A stretch of DNA of 64,000 nucleotides, from the NCBI RefSeq assembly GCF_009914755.1, contig NC_060937.1. The stretch is one strand, 5' to 3'. Position numbers and translations under genes: made by a program. Source of the DNA: the human T2T-CHM13v2.0 reference genome, Homo sapiens. This document shows positions 33,912 through 50,495 of the stretch, piece after piece (position 1 is the stretch's first letter; each line of letters begins with the position of its first letter). Under the pieces are notes generated by a model. It ran no database searches and was not told the origin of the DNA. It saw only the letters and a list, made by a program, of their open reading frames with translations.

Positions 33912-36900
33912 CTGTCACTATGCGTGGTGATGGATGTGTTAATTAATTTGACCATGATGATTATTACACAGTGTGTATGTATATCACATCATCACATTCA
34001 ACATTTTGAATATATACAATCTTTGTCAATTAAATACTTTTTTAGAATTCAGTCTACACTACCCTCATTTTACAGATGAGCTGGCTGAAGCCCAGAAAGG
34101 GTCCTATGTCTTATCTGAGGCCACCCAGCTAGTAAGTAGGAAAATCCTCACAAGAACCCAGGCCTTCTGCCTTGGACTCCTGTTTTTTTCCCATTATACT
34201 GCATTGCTCCTTCAAGAAGGAACTAATGGCATCAATATAATTTGGTCTTATGCTGGTTTCTGTATCACTTAGCCAAGCCCAAGGAGTATGGAAAAAAAAT
34301 ACAGATCTTGCCTCAGGAAGCTAACTTTTTAAACTATTTGAAAATAAAAAACAAATGGACAATGTCCAATTTGCCCTGACTGTTGTCTTTGATGTAGGAT
34401 TATAACCACCACAGCTCCTCCCTTCGAGCATCTCCAGGAGTCATCCTCATTTTGTGACTATTCCCTTTTGCCACACCATGTGGTTTACCAAGCAGAAAGT
34501 CGTATGATTGGGTATCAGAAGCCTGTGTGTGTGAGAGCCTCTGGTTTCAGTTCCATCCAGCCAGCCTCACTGTTCAGGTGGTAGAGAGCTGCAGTACTAC
34601 AGACAGGCCCTCCCAGAAGATTCCCTGACCTCTGCCAGCTCTGCCTTGCCAACTATGATTTTGGAGCCATAGTTCCAACCTTTCCTCTTGAGTATTTTTC
34701 CATTGCTAAACACTGATGGCATGACAGCTCTGTGCTTTTGCCAGAGGGTCTCAGCCAAGAACCACGTGACTTTTCTAAGGCTGGAAGTTTTTTCTGGGAG
34801 CTGGCTGATAGATTGTTAATAGGCAAGCCATACAGTATTAGGGTTCACATTTAAATTTAGCTTTTAAAAACATTTCCTTCTGAGAACCTCCCACCCCCCA
34901 CCCTTCTCTGTTCCTTCTTTTTGTCACCCTCCACACTTACAGGGGTTTTGGTTTCGTCGTTGTTTGTTGTTTGTTTGTTTTAGTGATGAAGGGAGGAGGA
35001 AGATTTTATGAATCAACATAAAAGATTATGAATAATATCATTAACCCTATTTATCTTCATAGTAGACAGCTAATGGTAGATAAGAGACCTCCACAGATGA
35101 ACTCATTCTCTTCTATCTCCACCTCAAACAGTCATTCAGCCAAGGCAACAAGTGACAGACTAAATCAGATTGAATTCAGCCTTTATTCCTCTTCTTTCAG
35201 GCGTCTTAGTGGAGAAGTAAATATGCAATGAAAATAACCAAAATTCAAGTAGAAAAGTAAAGGAAGACAAAGAGACTGGTTCATAAATTGAATTATCAAT
35301 TTATGAATAACTTCAAATTCTTTGATTGTTTTGACCGAAGATCTGAAGCTTCAAATATAAATGACCTGTAATAGGAACAACAAGAATGACAATAATAAGA
35401 AGGAGAGAAAAGGAAAAGGGAAAAGAAAAAAATCTCAGATTTGCAGGCCCTGAAAATGTCTTAGATTTTCAGTCTTTTACACATTACTTTGTTCACTGTC
35501 AAAACAATAATGTGAAGTAAAAACAAAAGACCTAATTCTCTGTTTTCACAGTGTAGAAACCAAGGCTCAGGGAGTAGGTGACTTGCTCAAGGTCACGTAA
35601 CTGTTAGCCGGCAGAACCAGCATTAGAATTGGGGGATTATAATTTTTCAGCCAGCCCTCTGCACAACTGGGTACAGCAGAATGGGGTTATTTCCCAAAGA
35701 CCCCATGGCAGGTAGATGATAGTAAATAGAAATGTGTTCCTTCCCCACTTCACTTGTTAGTCTTTAAATTTGTGAATACTTTATCCAGCGTCATTTGTCA
35801 GTGTCTTGTTATTTGACCATGTTTTGATAATATTTTTCCTGTTTTCACAAAAATAATTCAAATATTCTATTTTAGGATTTTGTTCATGTCAGAGATATTT
35901 CCACAATGTCACCCTGTGTAGTGGAATGTTTCCCACCTAATGTAATCTCTTAGATTTATTTCTGTTCAGGTAAAGAGTTCTGAAAAGCTGTTAAGATTAT
36001 GTCAATTTCTTCCTATCATACTTAATGCCAGTCATTCACATCCACTGTTGATTCTTCTATCCCTTTTTGCTTTCTCTCAATTTTTGCTGGAGTATTTTAA
36101 AGCAAATTCTAGACCTTATATCATTTTATCCTTATATACTTCATTGAAAATATATGGGTTACTTTTTCAGTAATCACAATGCTATTGTTACATCTAAAAA
36201 TTAACAATCACTCTTTGATCTCCTTGATATTGTTGAATTTCAGATTTCACTGCTTATTTTGAAAATGGCTTTTGTGCAGTGGATTTGTTTGAAATTCGAT
36301 CTAGACAAGATCCACACATTGCATGTGGTTGTCACGTCTTCTAAATCTTTCTTCATCCAGAGCAGTGCCCCCTTCACTTTTTTTTAATGCCACCGCCTTG
36401 TTGAAGGTACTGAATCAGTTCTCCTGCACACAGTCCCATATTCTAAATTGATGTCATTTAACTTGCTCCTTTACCTACTCTCCTCACATATTTTCAGTAA
36501 ACTGAAAAACTGCCCCTATAATCTTGATTTCATTCAGATTCAGCCTTTTAGTGAGAGCATTTGGTTCTCACCAAGTGTGCTTCATAGAGCTTCCCATTAT
36601 AAGGCACATGGCATTGGATTGTCGCCCTTTCAGTTATGCTGAGATTGATTGGCAGTTCGGGTGGTGACAGCCAGATCCCTGCAGCGCCGTCCTCCATACC
36701 AGCCTTTTAATAGTTTCATCCGTTGCTGAGCTTTGCCTGAACACTTTTTCGTTAAGGTTGCTAAATGGTGATTTTCTAATCCTATCATATTTTTCCCATG
36801 TATTTGTTGGAATCCTAAAGGATAACTTCCCCTGCCTCATTAGCTAGGGCTATTTGGTTACCCTGAAATACAATTATTATAGGAAAAGCAAGATAAATTC

Positions 36901-37143
36901 TTATATCTGTCTTTTTAGTTCCTAATTTTCAGAGTACAGATTTGGTGCCCTGCTCACCTTTAATAGGAATCTTTTTTTTTTCTTTTTGAGCACTATTATG
37001 AAATCTTAGGTTGGTTGGTTGTTTTTAAATAATAATATGTTCAGTATATATCAATAAACTGCCATCTTTTTATTTTATGTTCAAATTATCCTATTTTTGG
37101 CCAGTAATAGCTCCATTAAATGGGCTCCAATGTCTTTTTTAAC

Positions 37144-37448
<305 letters not shown>

Positions 37449-38317
37449 CAATTTTTATTTTTTAAAGATTATTTTTTAGAGCAATTTTAGGTGCACAGCA
37501 AAATTGAGCAGAAAGTATAGAGATTGCCTGTGCACCTCATGACCTCCACATGCATGGCCTCCCCATTACCAGCATCCCCCGCCAGAGTGGTATGCTTGTT
37601 AACAATCAGTGAACCTACATTGGCACGTCACTATCACCTGAAGTCCATAGTTTAGGGTTCACTCTTGGTGTTGTACATTCTATGGATTTGGACAAGTATA
37701 TAAAGACATGTATCTGCCATTGTAGCATCATATGGAATAGTTTCACTGCTCTAAATAGCCTCTGTGCTCTACCAGTTCATCCCTTATCACTGTGTCTGAA
37801 ATAAGCCCACTTAGCCTTCAGTAGCTTCCTTGCCTTCTGACTCAACATGTCTCAAGTTCATCTTGTACTTTTCCTGTCCCAATCCTGGAATCAGCCATTT
37901 TTTTAGTGAGGAACAATATTCAGAGATAGCTAAGAAGTATATATAAATGTGTGTGTATTTTTTAAAAGAGAATAAATCATAAGTTCATATAATATTTCTT
38001 ATTCAAATTTAACATTATGGGATTTTTACTTTTTGGTTTTTGCACTTGATTCTTTTATCTTCGGCTGAAAATCTTGGTTGTTAAAACATTGGCATAGTTC
38101 CTCATTTGGTTTATCCTACGGTTTATTTAAATGGTTCCAAAATAATGAGCAATACTAAATAACAATAAGACTACTGAATGAGATTTTAGATTTCTTTGCA
38201 ACTCTCTTTGTCCTTAGAATATATTCTACCAGTGATGGGGGCGAGACTTCCCCCTTGTCATAGTTCCCATTTGGAATCCTGTAATATTTTTACATATTAA
38301 AAATACATAAAATTTTT

Positions 38318-38475
<158 letters not shown>

Positions 38476-38503
38476 TTATGTGATTATGTCACCAATTTGA
38501 TAG

Positions 38504-38911
<408 letters not shown>

Positions 38912-39394
38912 TAAAGATTTTACAAAATTCTAAAATAGGAACTATGACAAGGGAGAAGTCTCACTGCCATCACTGTCCCCTGACCTTGCCACTTTTGTTA
39001 GATCTTAATCCCTCTAGTGCTTCCCTTTCTAAATATGAGTGCATACATGCACATGTACACACATACATACACATTTGTATTTCTCTCTGTTTCTTACACA
39101 AAGGTAGTATAGCTTATAAACTCTCATATGCGTTGGCTGCCCCCTCCACACACACTTGATAATATATCCTGGTGTCTGTGTATAAAGATCTCCATTTTTA
39201 CCCCAGCTGCATAATATTCTATTGTGTGGATGTAGCATAGTTAATTCAGTAAGTCCCTTATTGATAGACGTTTGGGTTATTTTCAAACTTTAGCTATTAA
39301 AATAACATGGAGTGACTAGCCTTGGGCATGTGTCATTCTGTATTTTTGCCTGTGTGTCTCTGGGTGGATCTTTAGAAATAGGGTTGCTAGGCTT

Positions 39395-39675
39395 TGTCAA
39401 CCAGAGAAGCTTGTTAGAGACTCCATGCCTAGGGCTTTTACTGGTCACGTAGGCAGATCTACCTGGGACATTCCAAAATTCCAGATTCCCAGAAGGAAAG
39501 CAGGTATTCAGTGTAAGCCACATTATTTGAACAGTTAAGGCACAGTGAGCCACTCTTATCAGTTAATGGTGGGAACCTTCCCAAAATCCAAATTCCCAGA
39601 CACTATGCCAACTTCGTAAGCCGACTTTCAGAGGATCACAGTCAGAGCTGCTGTGTTAACTCTTTTTTCACAGCA
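39395..39675 (-). mobile_element. LTR fragment (MER21-like)
   Basis: ccaaaattccagattcccagaaggaaagcaggtattcag motif within antisense old L1 sequence. Confidence 0.55.
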
Positions 39676-40589
39676 CCATTTTGATTTCTTCTTGAACTAT
39701 CTATTAATAGTTCCATTCAAATTTTGCCCATTTTTCTATTAGGTTTGGGATCCTTTTCTTCTTGATTGCTCTTTTTATATTAGAGATTTGGGCCCTTTGT
39801 GACATAAATTGCAAATATTTTTTTCCAGTTTATCTTTTGGCTTTGCTCATAATATTTGTTGTGTTTTTGAGTCATAGCTTTTCCCACTCCAAGGTTACAA
39901 AGAAACTTTCCTATCTAAAGCTTATGTTTTCATTTTCTACATTTAGATCCCTAATTCATTTGGAATCTGTCCCAGTATACATTGTGAAATACAGATTCTA
40001 TTTTCTTTTTCCAAATGGCTATCCAGTTTGTGCCAACATCATTTTTTTAAATTCATCTTTTCCTTATTCATTTGAAAAGCTACCTTCATCAGACATTTAC
40101 TAAATTTCATTGTGCTTTTGGGTTTATTTCTCGACTTTGTATTCTGTTCTGTTAGTCTATTTATGCACCAATACTACACTTTTAATTAAAGAAACTTTAT
40201 AACATTTTTTAATATCTGGTAGGGCTAACCTCCCTATCACATACCATATTGTTCTTATTTTCAGAGTATTCTTGGCTCTTTTTGCTTATTTATTTTTCCA
40301 TATGAACACTTCTGGCTATAGAAAACAACATGTGTTGATATTTTTTAAATATATAGATTTATTTTATTAATTTAGGAGCAAGAAGTGACATCTTTAAGTT
40401 TTAAGTCTTACTGTCCAATAATACAGTATGTCCTTCATTTAGTTAAGTTCACTTTTGTGTCTTTCAGCACTGTCTTCACATTTTCCTCAGATGGGATTTG
40501 CGTATTTCTTGTTACATTTATGCCCTGTTTTTTCATTGTAAATTCCCTCATTTAATTTTGAGAAACAATCCTTAATGCTTTCATGACAG

Positions 40590-40702
40590 ATTTGATGTTG
40601 AAACCCGGCATGTGTTTATCGGTGACCACTCAGGCCAAGTAACAATCCTCAAACTGGAGCAAGAAAACTGCACCCTGGTCACAACATTCAGAGGACACAC
40701 AG
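40590..40702 (+). CDS. WDFY2: WDFY2 internal coding exon (exon 6, 113 nt): FDVETRHVFIGDHSGQVTILKLEQENCTLVTTFRGHT
   Basis: Acceptor tccttaatgctttcatgacag|A completes CAA (Gln) with the previous exon. Donor ACAG|gtagga. Open frame with a WD40 GH motif. Confidence 0.95.
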
Positions 40703-42402
40703 GTAGGATTAACAGTAAAATCGTCATGTGCTGATAGCACAGTGAGATATCGCCTGCTGCATCTCCTGATGTTCAGATATGTTTTGAAAGTGGCAAAGTA
40801 CAATCCATGCTTGTGCAAAGATACACATGATATGCTTAACTCATTTCAAAATGGTTCAGTAAGATATAACATCAAACGTTTTTCTGTATAATCCAAACAA
40901 AAGAGAAACCAATCTATTTTGAAAATGTTGATAATTTGGTTCTCTGTCATACTGCACCAGAGAAAGCCAGTGTTGGCATACATTAATGAGGCATTGTTTG
41001 AGACCATGTGGCCTCGGACGGCTCAAACCCCAGAAGGCCAAAAAGACAGCTGCCTCGGTCTGACCTTGCCCTTCCTGGAGTTAGAAGATGGTGTACAAGA
41101 AAGATTCCCACTTCCAAGTCACATGAAAAGACAGATATACTCTTCATGAGTAGCTAGACTTTGTGAAAAAGGTCAAGTTCCTCTCCAACTTTCCTTCCTT
41201 CATATCCTTTTCAGGTTAAAACCTAAGGTCCCCTTTATGTTTTTGCTTTGCTCAGGGTCACTTAAGCAAGGTAATATAAAATATTCATGCTTAGCCTTTG
41301 AAAGACTTGATAGATGATAATGATTAATTTTTTACTAGTAGTTTTAACGTGTACTATTGACTCTAGAACTTATCGACCCTAGAAAATGAGTCATCGCCAG
41401 TTTTCATGGTTCTTAAAGGGCTTTTCCGTTTTCTACCAGCTACAAACCCATGATTTTGTGTAAAACAGGAGAATACTGAGTTTAGATGTCATATAAGAAA
41501 AAAAGTAGGGGAAAGAGGATGTAAAATTGGATAGTACCTGGTTCATAAGGGGCTTCCTAAAGGGAAAAAATGGAATGCTAGAATAAGAAACATATAGTAA
41601 GGAAAAAATTGAATCCAAGGAAGAAGATTCATAAAAGATCATCTTAATTATTTATGCCTTTGGGAGGAAGAACACATGGAAATATCCCCTATGGATAGGA
41701 CCCTGGTCTTCCCTGACTGAATTTCTTTTTTAGCCGCTTACACCCTCACCTACACTTTGGCCAAGACTGGGCCTGGGGTTCTGGGGGGGACCCAGAACTG
41801 TCCCACCTCAGAAGTCTTAAACTTCTGTGCGTCACTGCAGACTTCAGCCTCCTCATCCTCCAATTCCCTACACCTTTCTTCATTCCACTTACTGTTTCCC
41901 CTTGTGGCGCATTCTAGCCCGCGGTCCTTCCATTTTCCCAGCGTCTCTTCCCCTGCATCACCTTTCCTCCCAGTGGTGCATCGCTTCACCCACGGCTTCT
42001 CAGCGTTCTCAGTTCTGTGAATGTAAATGTTCTGCCTTCTTGGCAAGCCTGTCTGATTCAGACTAACTCTCCACCTTTTCTTCTTGTGCAGCCAGCTGCT
42101 GGGTCTACAGTAGTCACGCTGCCTTGAGGCTTAGACCATCATTACCATTGCACACTCACGATTTCCTGTGCAGACTCATGAAGTTGCCTAATAATCCCTC
42201 TCCCTGTCCTCAGTTCACTCCTTCTCCCAGGCCCCTAAACAGAGACCTTCACCATCCTTCCCAAGCCCCCATCGCCATCTCATTCCTTGCCTCTTCCTTC
42301 AAAAGCTATCAAATAGAAGCTTTAAAAAAAAAAAAAAAACCACATATTTCTTGCCCACTGTATATCCCCCTCACCCCAACAAACAAACTTTTTCTCTCCC
42401 CA

Positions 42403-42525
42403 CTTCTCCTCTTCTCAGTGCAGGAGAGCTGCCTTCCTCCAGCCCATTCTTCTCTTCTCAGTGCAGGAGAGCAGTCTTCCTCCAGCCCATTCTTCTCTTC
42501 TCAGTGCAGGAGAGCTGCTTTCCTC
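42403..42525 (+). repeat. 43-bp tandem repeat, ~2.8 copies
   Basis: ctcttctcagtgcaggagag recurs at 42409, 42452 and 42495. Confidence 0.93.
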
Positions 42526-42714
42526 TGGCCCCAGTCTATTTGCAGGGTCTCCACGCCAAAATGGATTGCCTTGATCTCTCTTTTGACTAACTCATTCTTC
42601 TCAATTTATTAATATGCTTATGTTTTTTGCCTCTGGTAGAAAAACAAAGCAACACCCTCTCAATCCCATGTCTTATAGCAAGTTCCTTCTTATTCTCTTA
42701 ATAGCAATGCTTCT

Positions 42715-43062
42715 TTTTAAAAAATTGTGGTAAAATGTATAAAACATAAAGTTTACCATTTTAACCATTTTTAAATGTGCTGTTCAATGACATTAACTAC
42801 ATTCACACTGTTGTGCAGTCATCACCATCCATCACAGAACCTTTTCCATCTTGTGAAACTGAAACTCTGTTCCCTTGGACATTAACTCCCCATCCTCCCC
42901 CTCGGCCCCCCAGTCCCTGGAAACTGTTACTCTGCTTTCTGTTTCTATGAATTTGACTAGTCTAGGTGACTCATAGGAGTGGAATCATGCAGTATTTGTC
43001 CTTTTGTGACTGGCTTATTTCACTCAGCATAATGCCCTCAAGGTTCATCCAAGTTGTAGCAA
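42715..43062 (-). mobile_element. Old L1 (L1MB-like) 3' end
   Basis: aattgtggtaaaa...tttaccattttaacc...ggaatcatgcagtatttgtccttttgtgactggcttattt. Confidence 0.75.
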
Positions 43063-45021
43063 ACAATCGTGTTTCTTAAAAGAATATAATTTTCCCAGCT
43101 GCTTCATATTTTTCACTTCCAATTTGCCTTCCAGCTCCCTGCAATCTGGTTTGTCGTTATTACGCCACTGAAACTGCTGTCCCCGAGGTGACCAGTGGCC
43201 TGCTGGGACACGTTGTAAACCTTGTCGTACTTAACTTTTCAGCAGCATTTTACATTGTGGCCATTCCTTCTGGCTGTAACGGCCTTCCTTTGGCTTTTCT
43301 TCTATGACGCTGCTGGCTTTCTCAGGCTCCACTGTGGTCTGCGGTTTCCCAGGATCTTCCCTGGATCCCCTTCTCTTTACGCTCTGTGCTGTCCCTTGTC
43401 ATCTCAGCCATTCCTCCCAGTCCCAGAGTAAAATTGTCATTGTCCTCAAATTCTTCACAACCCAGTGAGAGAGACAAAAGCTAAAGCACAGTTCTAGTGC
43501 ATCGTGGCAAGGGCTGGTGGGGAGCAAGCACCTTGCGCTTCTGGGAACACAGAAGGGCAGCCCACTCCAAGGAAGTGGAGGCAGTTAGTGACGGCCTCCT
43601 CAGGAGTCTGCCTGACCTCAGCTCTTTGGGGATGTGTAAGTATTGAGTTCATGGAAAACAACTGAGAAGAGTATCTCAGGCAGAGAAAACCAGCGTGTTC
43701 AAGGCAAGGAGATGTGTGAGAGCATGGCTCTCTAGAGAACTGCCAGTCACTCTTTTTTGGCAGGAACACTGGGTATGAGGGAAGGAGAGGGGAGGTCAAG
43801 GTGGAGGGGCAGCCAGAAAGCAAGAGTCACTTCCCATCACTGAGACCATGCTGGGCATATCCAGTGGTCACTGAGAGACCATTAAAGAGTTTGAAGCAAA
43901 GAAGGTAACCTGATTGGATTTTAAAAGGTTGTCTGGCAGTAGAGAGTGGAATTGGAAAGCTAGTAGGGAACTGTCCCTTGAGATGGGACTGTGACAGTGG
44001 GAAAACAAGGAATGGATGGATTCAAGGTAGGATTCAGAGGTGCATTCCGCAGGCCTGGTGATGGACCTGATGGTTCCCAGGTTTGCTTTAGGCAGAGGTG
44101 GCTTTCAGCCTGACTTCTTGACTCTAAAGTAATCAGGCACTCACCCACTCACTGTATGGTGGCTGATAGGAGCTCTGTGAGTTTTGTATTGTTGCCTCCA
44201 GGTCAGAAAAGAGACAGTAGCACCTTCTAAGCACTCTTGTCAGCCACATATGGTTCAAAGGTCCCGTGTTTTGCAGGCTTGTTCTGATACGAAATATGAC
44301 CTTGGCATTGTGTCTTATCTTTCTTAAAGAGTTTAAAGCATTTTCACTTTATTTTTATCAAGAAATATATTTGAGAAAAACAGGAAATGGCCTAGGAAGG
44401 TCACTAACTAACAGGAAGGCAAATGTAGCAGGTTAGATGGTTACCTTATTATTGTTCCTAAACAGTAGTATCTGCCCATCACTAATGTGGCTACAACACA
44501 ACTCATTCCTGTAAAGCTAGAGTGAGGACCTTTAAGAGAGTCCATGGTGATTTAGACATATTGTTGAGCTCTTCCTAAGTAGTAGGCTCGTTCTGGGCCC
44601 TGGGAGGTCCCAAACACAGCAAGTCTCAGTTCTGGGAAAGAGATTTTTGTAAGGACAAAATGAACACCCTAAAGTTAACCCAGTTCCATTAAAGGGCAGC
44701 TTTGCAGGTCCCATCACTCCAAATCCAAACTCAGAAGCAGACAGGTCTTCAGTATGTGTCCAGAGTCGTAGCCCTTCACCCCATCATTCTCTCTTACAGT
44801 ACAGAAGGTCATACAAAAATGTGGGTTAATGAGGGAATCGACCTAGTAGTCATGTCCAAAGGCCAAAGCATAACATTTTTCTAATCCCTAGGGATTTAGG
44901 AAACTAGTTTTATGTTCTTATGCTCCCTCTACTGGTTTTCTTTCTGGAGCTAAATGCCGGATATCATAGTTCTTTGCTATTTCTGCAGAAAGTAGAATGT
45001 ATTTCTATGAAAAAGTCGTAA

Positions 45022-45331
<310 letters not shown>

Positions 45332-45921
45332 AAAAATCATATTTTGACCACTGGAAATTAATAGTGTTAATACAGTCTTTTTTCTTTTATTTCTAAGAAA
45401 TTATTTTATTAGCATGAACATATTTGAAACAGGAGGGCTTGAATGTAAATCTGCCAAAGCATACTAATTAATGAATAATTAAATACAGACTTGTTCATGA
45501 GCTGTTAGGGGACTCATTGAAGGAAACAGTGTAACTATAACAAGAATAACTAAACAAACTAAGAAAGTCACAGTTCAGTGTAAAGATGCAAGTTCATATA
45601 GTTTAGAACTTCAATTTTTGTTTACAGTGGAGACTCACACAGATCCAGTTTATATAAAGTGCAGGTCAAGAGATGTGAATTGTCATCCATAGTCAGTCAT
45701 CCGCTCTCTATGTATATGATGGTGCCAGGAAATGTGGGTGAATAAAACAAGCATAATCTTTGCCCTTATCCATCTTCCAGCCAGCATGGAATGCATGCAT
45801 TAGACCAGTAGTTACAGAGAATTCATCCAAACATTATGAGTAGCAGGTGCCGTGGAGCCCTGATGTGCACAGAGGCTTCTTTGGAAGCAAATAATAAAAG
45901 GTCCACTCCTCTTGCGGATAA

Positions 45922-46264
<343 letters not shown>

Positions 46265-49059
46265 TAGCACCTTAAGGAGAAAAAGGAGTTATGTAGGTGG
46301 TGGGAACATTCCAGACCTGCAGAACAGCAGCCTAGAGTGGGAAAATGTTAGCAACCACACAAAGGCAAGTGACCTTACAAGTAGTGGTAGGAGCTTCAGG
46401 CATTATTCTCAGGTTGGCGGGAAACCAGTGATGAAGTTTAAACAGAGTAGTGACATGGTTTGCATTTTAATAAGCCACTGTGGCAGCAGTAGGTGGTAGA
46501 TTGACTGGGAACAGAATGGATGGAGGGAGACTGTTTAGGAGGCTACTGCTGGAGTCCCTTGGAAAGCTGACTTTGTTTGGACTGGGGGACAGCAGTGTGT
46601 GTGGAGACAAGTGGAGGAGATTTAAGATCTGTTTGGAGAACAGGGGTCAGCCGCATTTGGTAACTGCATGGAGTAGCAGTGACTCCCAAGGCTTCTGTCT
46701 AGAGCATGTATTGGCTGGTGATGGCATTTCCTGAAACCTGGAGTACTGCTGGGAGAGCAGGTCTAGGAGACAATAGCACTGTGCTTGAACTGAACACTTC
46801 CCTGGGGTGGCAGCAAAGAGACAGCTGGGTGAAGAGTTATGGATCTCAGGAAGAAGGTATACTCTAGAGATGGAGGGCCTTTAGCTTGACAAAAACCCTT
46901 GTCACTTCACTCTAGAGCAAAATGCAGCAATCAAAAGGTCAGATATTTTATTCAACAGGCTCTTAGTCTCCTTTAGCCTCATGTTGGCCTGCACATATTA
47001 CCCTTGAGGGTGTGGTGTGACACTCCCTCTGCTAAGTTACCAGATCACACTCTGGGAAAGGCAGACCCAGCAGTTTCCAACCCTGATTTTGTAACACTCC
47101 ACGTGGTCATTCACTTTTGCAAGGTATGTGGTAAAAGTCTCAAAAAAAAATTAGTTCCCTAAGCATTTTGGTAATATATATTAAATTTCTAAAAATCTTT
47201 ATACTCTCTGATTCATTTCTACATTTGGGATTCTCTTCTAACTAATTGGAAACCTGAACAAAATTGTATGTGTAAAAATATTCATCTTAGAAAAATTCAT
47301 ACTTAAAAGTTGAGAAAAATCTAAAAATAGTTGAAATAAGATACATACGTGGGAGATATTAGCCAACCACTAACAGTTATATTTATGAGAGTATATAGTA
47401 GTATACATTGTATAATTATGAAAACTTTTATTTTAAAAATATTTTGGCGATTTTTTTATTTTGATAAAATACGTGTAACCTGAACTTTACCGTTTCAACC
47501 TTCTAAGTGTACAAGTAATGCACAAGTCAATGACATAAAGTACATTCACAGTGTTGTACAGCCATTGCCTCTATCCATTTCCAGAACTTCTTCATCATCC
47601 TTAATAGAAGACCTGTGCCCACTAAAGAATAACTAGAAAACTTTATTTGTAAGAATTAAACCATTTTTATTTAAAAATTATTCTGTAGGTCATATTAGGG
47701 AGGTCAAAGGAAGGGAGAAGCATAAAATGAAACACTGAAAGGGACCAGAAAGATGGATTAACTTGAAATGAAGTCAAATGAAATGGAAGAAATGCTTTTT
47801 GTCATTTAAAATAGAAACACTGGAAAACCACAAGCATTGAAGCCCTGGGCTCTGCCCCCAGTGTGGGTTGGGGTATGAGATATGTGTCTGCACTGCCTGG
47901 AATGCAGGGTAGCTGAAGGTGGTTGACTTCCTCTGCTGCCAGAAGTGTTAGGAGAAAGAACTATACAGTTCATCAGGAAGCCCTGTGTGCAGAGAGATGC
48001 AGGAAAAATTCCCTCAGAAGGGAGAGGCCGTTTCCATCAGCAGCTCTCCCCACTGCATCTCTGATCCTGATGTCTTGCACAGCCTTCCCACCAGCCGCCA
48101 TCCCAGGCTGTCCTGGATGCCTCTTGCTTATTGTCCTCCTATTTCTCTCTGCCACTCAATGCAGCAGATCAGTTGAGTAAACATCTACTGAGCACCTCCT
48201 GCATACCAGTCACTGTGTGCTGTGCTGGAATACAAAGATACATAACCCAAAGTCTGCGGTGGGGACAGACTTATAATCCAACCAAGTTCAATATAGTGGG
48301 GTCTGTGTAGCAATAGAGATATGCACAGAGACTGGAACTTCACCTGGATTGAAGGTGTTGGGAAGGCTTCCTGGAGGGAGAAAAAGTTACTTGGGTGATA
48401 AAAGGCAGGACAGGCACTCCAGACAGGGGAAGCAGTCACATATCCCGTAAGAGAATGGCTCGACCAAACATAACGTGCATGCTCTTCTGTTCTCAAAAGT
48501 AATCCATCATCTTATCATTGTACATTTTTGGTAGGTAGAATGTAAGTCTTATTTCATTGTATCTGCTGAGCCTAGCACAGTTCCTCCACATAGAAGAGGC
48601 TCAATACATGCTTGTTGAACTGATTTGAAATGAATGCTGTGATTTATCATTTATAGGCCAACTTTCAAATGACCTCATTGTTAGGACATTTATATAGAGC
48701 AGGCATGGGACCCCAGAGTTATTTACTCCCTACACCATCCTAAACTTTTTCTTGTCTTGCAGCTTTTCCTTCTATCTCTTCCACTTTGGGCCCTGGGAGT
48801 GTCTGATGAATATACCCTGACTTGCTTTAACCAGTTTATCTATTTGCCTTCCTAACTCTCTGTGTTGCCAAGAACTCCCCTTCCTAGCCCTGACCCCTTC
48901 TGGCCTGATATAATGTGGCAAAGCTAGAGATTGGTCTTGTTTTTAAGACCTTAATTGATCTCATGATGGCTGGGATAGCATAGAATAAGCTGACTGGCCT
49001 TAAGGCTGACTCAACAAAGGACACTGTCACAGAGATTGTATAGATGAGGTCTCCTGTAC

Positions 49060-49718
<659 letters not shown>

Positions 49719-50458
49719 TTAGATGTGTAGGTATATATCGGTCAGGGAAGTCTAAAGGTATCTGTCACCTGGGTCATGGTAAGCCCTATTTCAATATTTC
49801 CATGTTGATTCTGACAGAATGAACAACCCTTCCAATTAAGTCTTTTTAACTGAGTCAAGTAAGCCTTTCTAATCATTCTTTTTACCAGTGCCCACCATTA
49901 TTAAATCTGATAATGATGCCTTAAAGAACCTAAGCTACCCATTTCACGTGTTATATAGGGGAAATCAAACACTTGCCACCTTTCTCTTATCTAGCCCCCC
50001 AGTTGGAGTGGCTTAGTCAGTCAAGTGAGACCATCTCAGAGATTGTCCTTGAGATGGGTATGCCATGACCTAAAGATGTGAGTAGTCGAACAGATGCAGG
50101 CATCACATTAACAATAGTAGTCAGCCAGGCACATGCTTCCCATGCGCTAGGTACTGTTTTGTGTGCTTATATATATTAACCCATTTAATCTTAACTCATT
50201 TAATCTAATTAACCCATTTAATCTAATATTAACCCATTAATAGATGTCATATGCCTGTTTAATCTGCCAAGAACAAAGCCAAGGGCATTTCTTTCATATT
50301 CTTACTCCTTCATTCAATCATTTGCCCATTTGTCCAGGCTTATTGAGTGTTTGCTGTGGGTAAGCCAGGCAGAATTCTAGGTTTTGGTGATCCCGTGGTG
50401 AACAAGCCACAGTTCCCGCCCTCCTAGAGCTTCTATTCTACTGGGGCAGGAGACAATG

Positions 50459-50463
<5 letters not shown>

Positions 50464-50493
<30 letters not shown>
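50464..50493 (+). repeat. Poly(A)30 tract inside an L2-like fragment
   Basis: Direct read. Confidence 0.9.

Positions 50494-50495
<2 letters not shown>

Noticed and set aside
42403-42525. CRISPR-like array
   Set aside because: Head-to-tail 43-bp units with no unique spacers, in a mammalian intron with no cas genes.
42124-42612. 162-aa ORF
   Set aside because: Low-complexity pyrimidine-rich sequence spanning a poly(A) run and the tandem repeat, with a non-ATG start.
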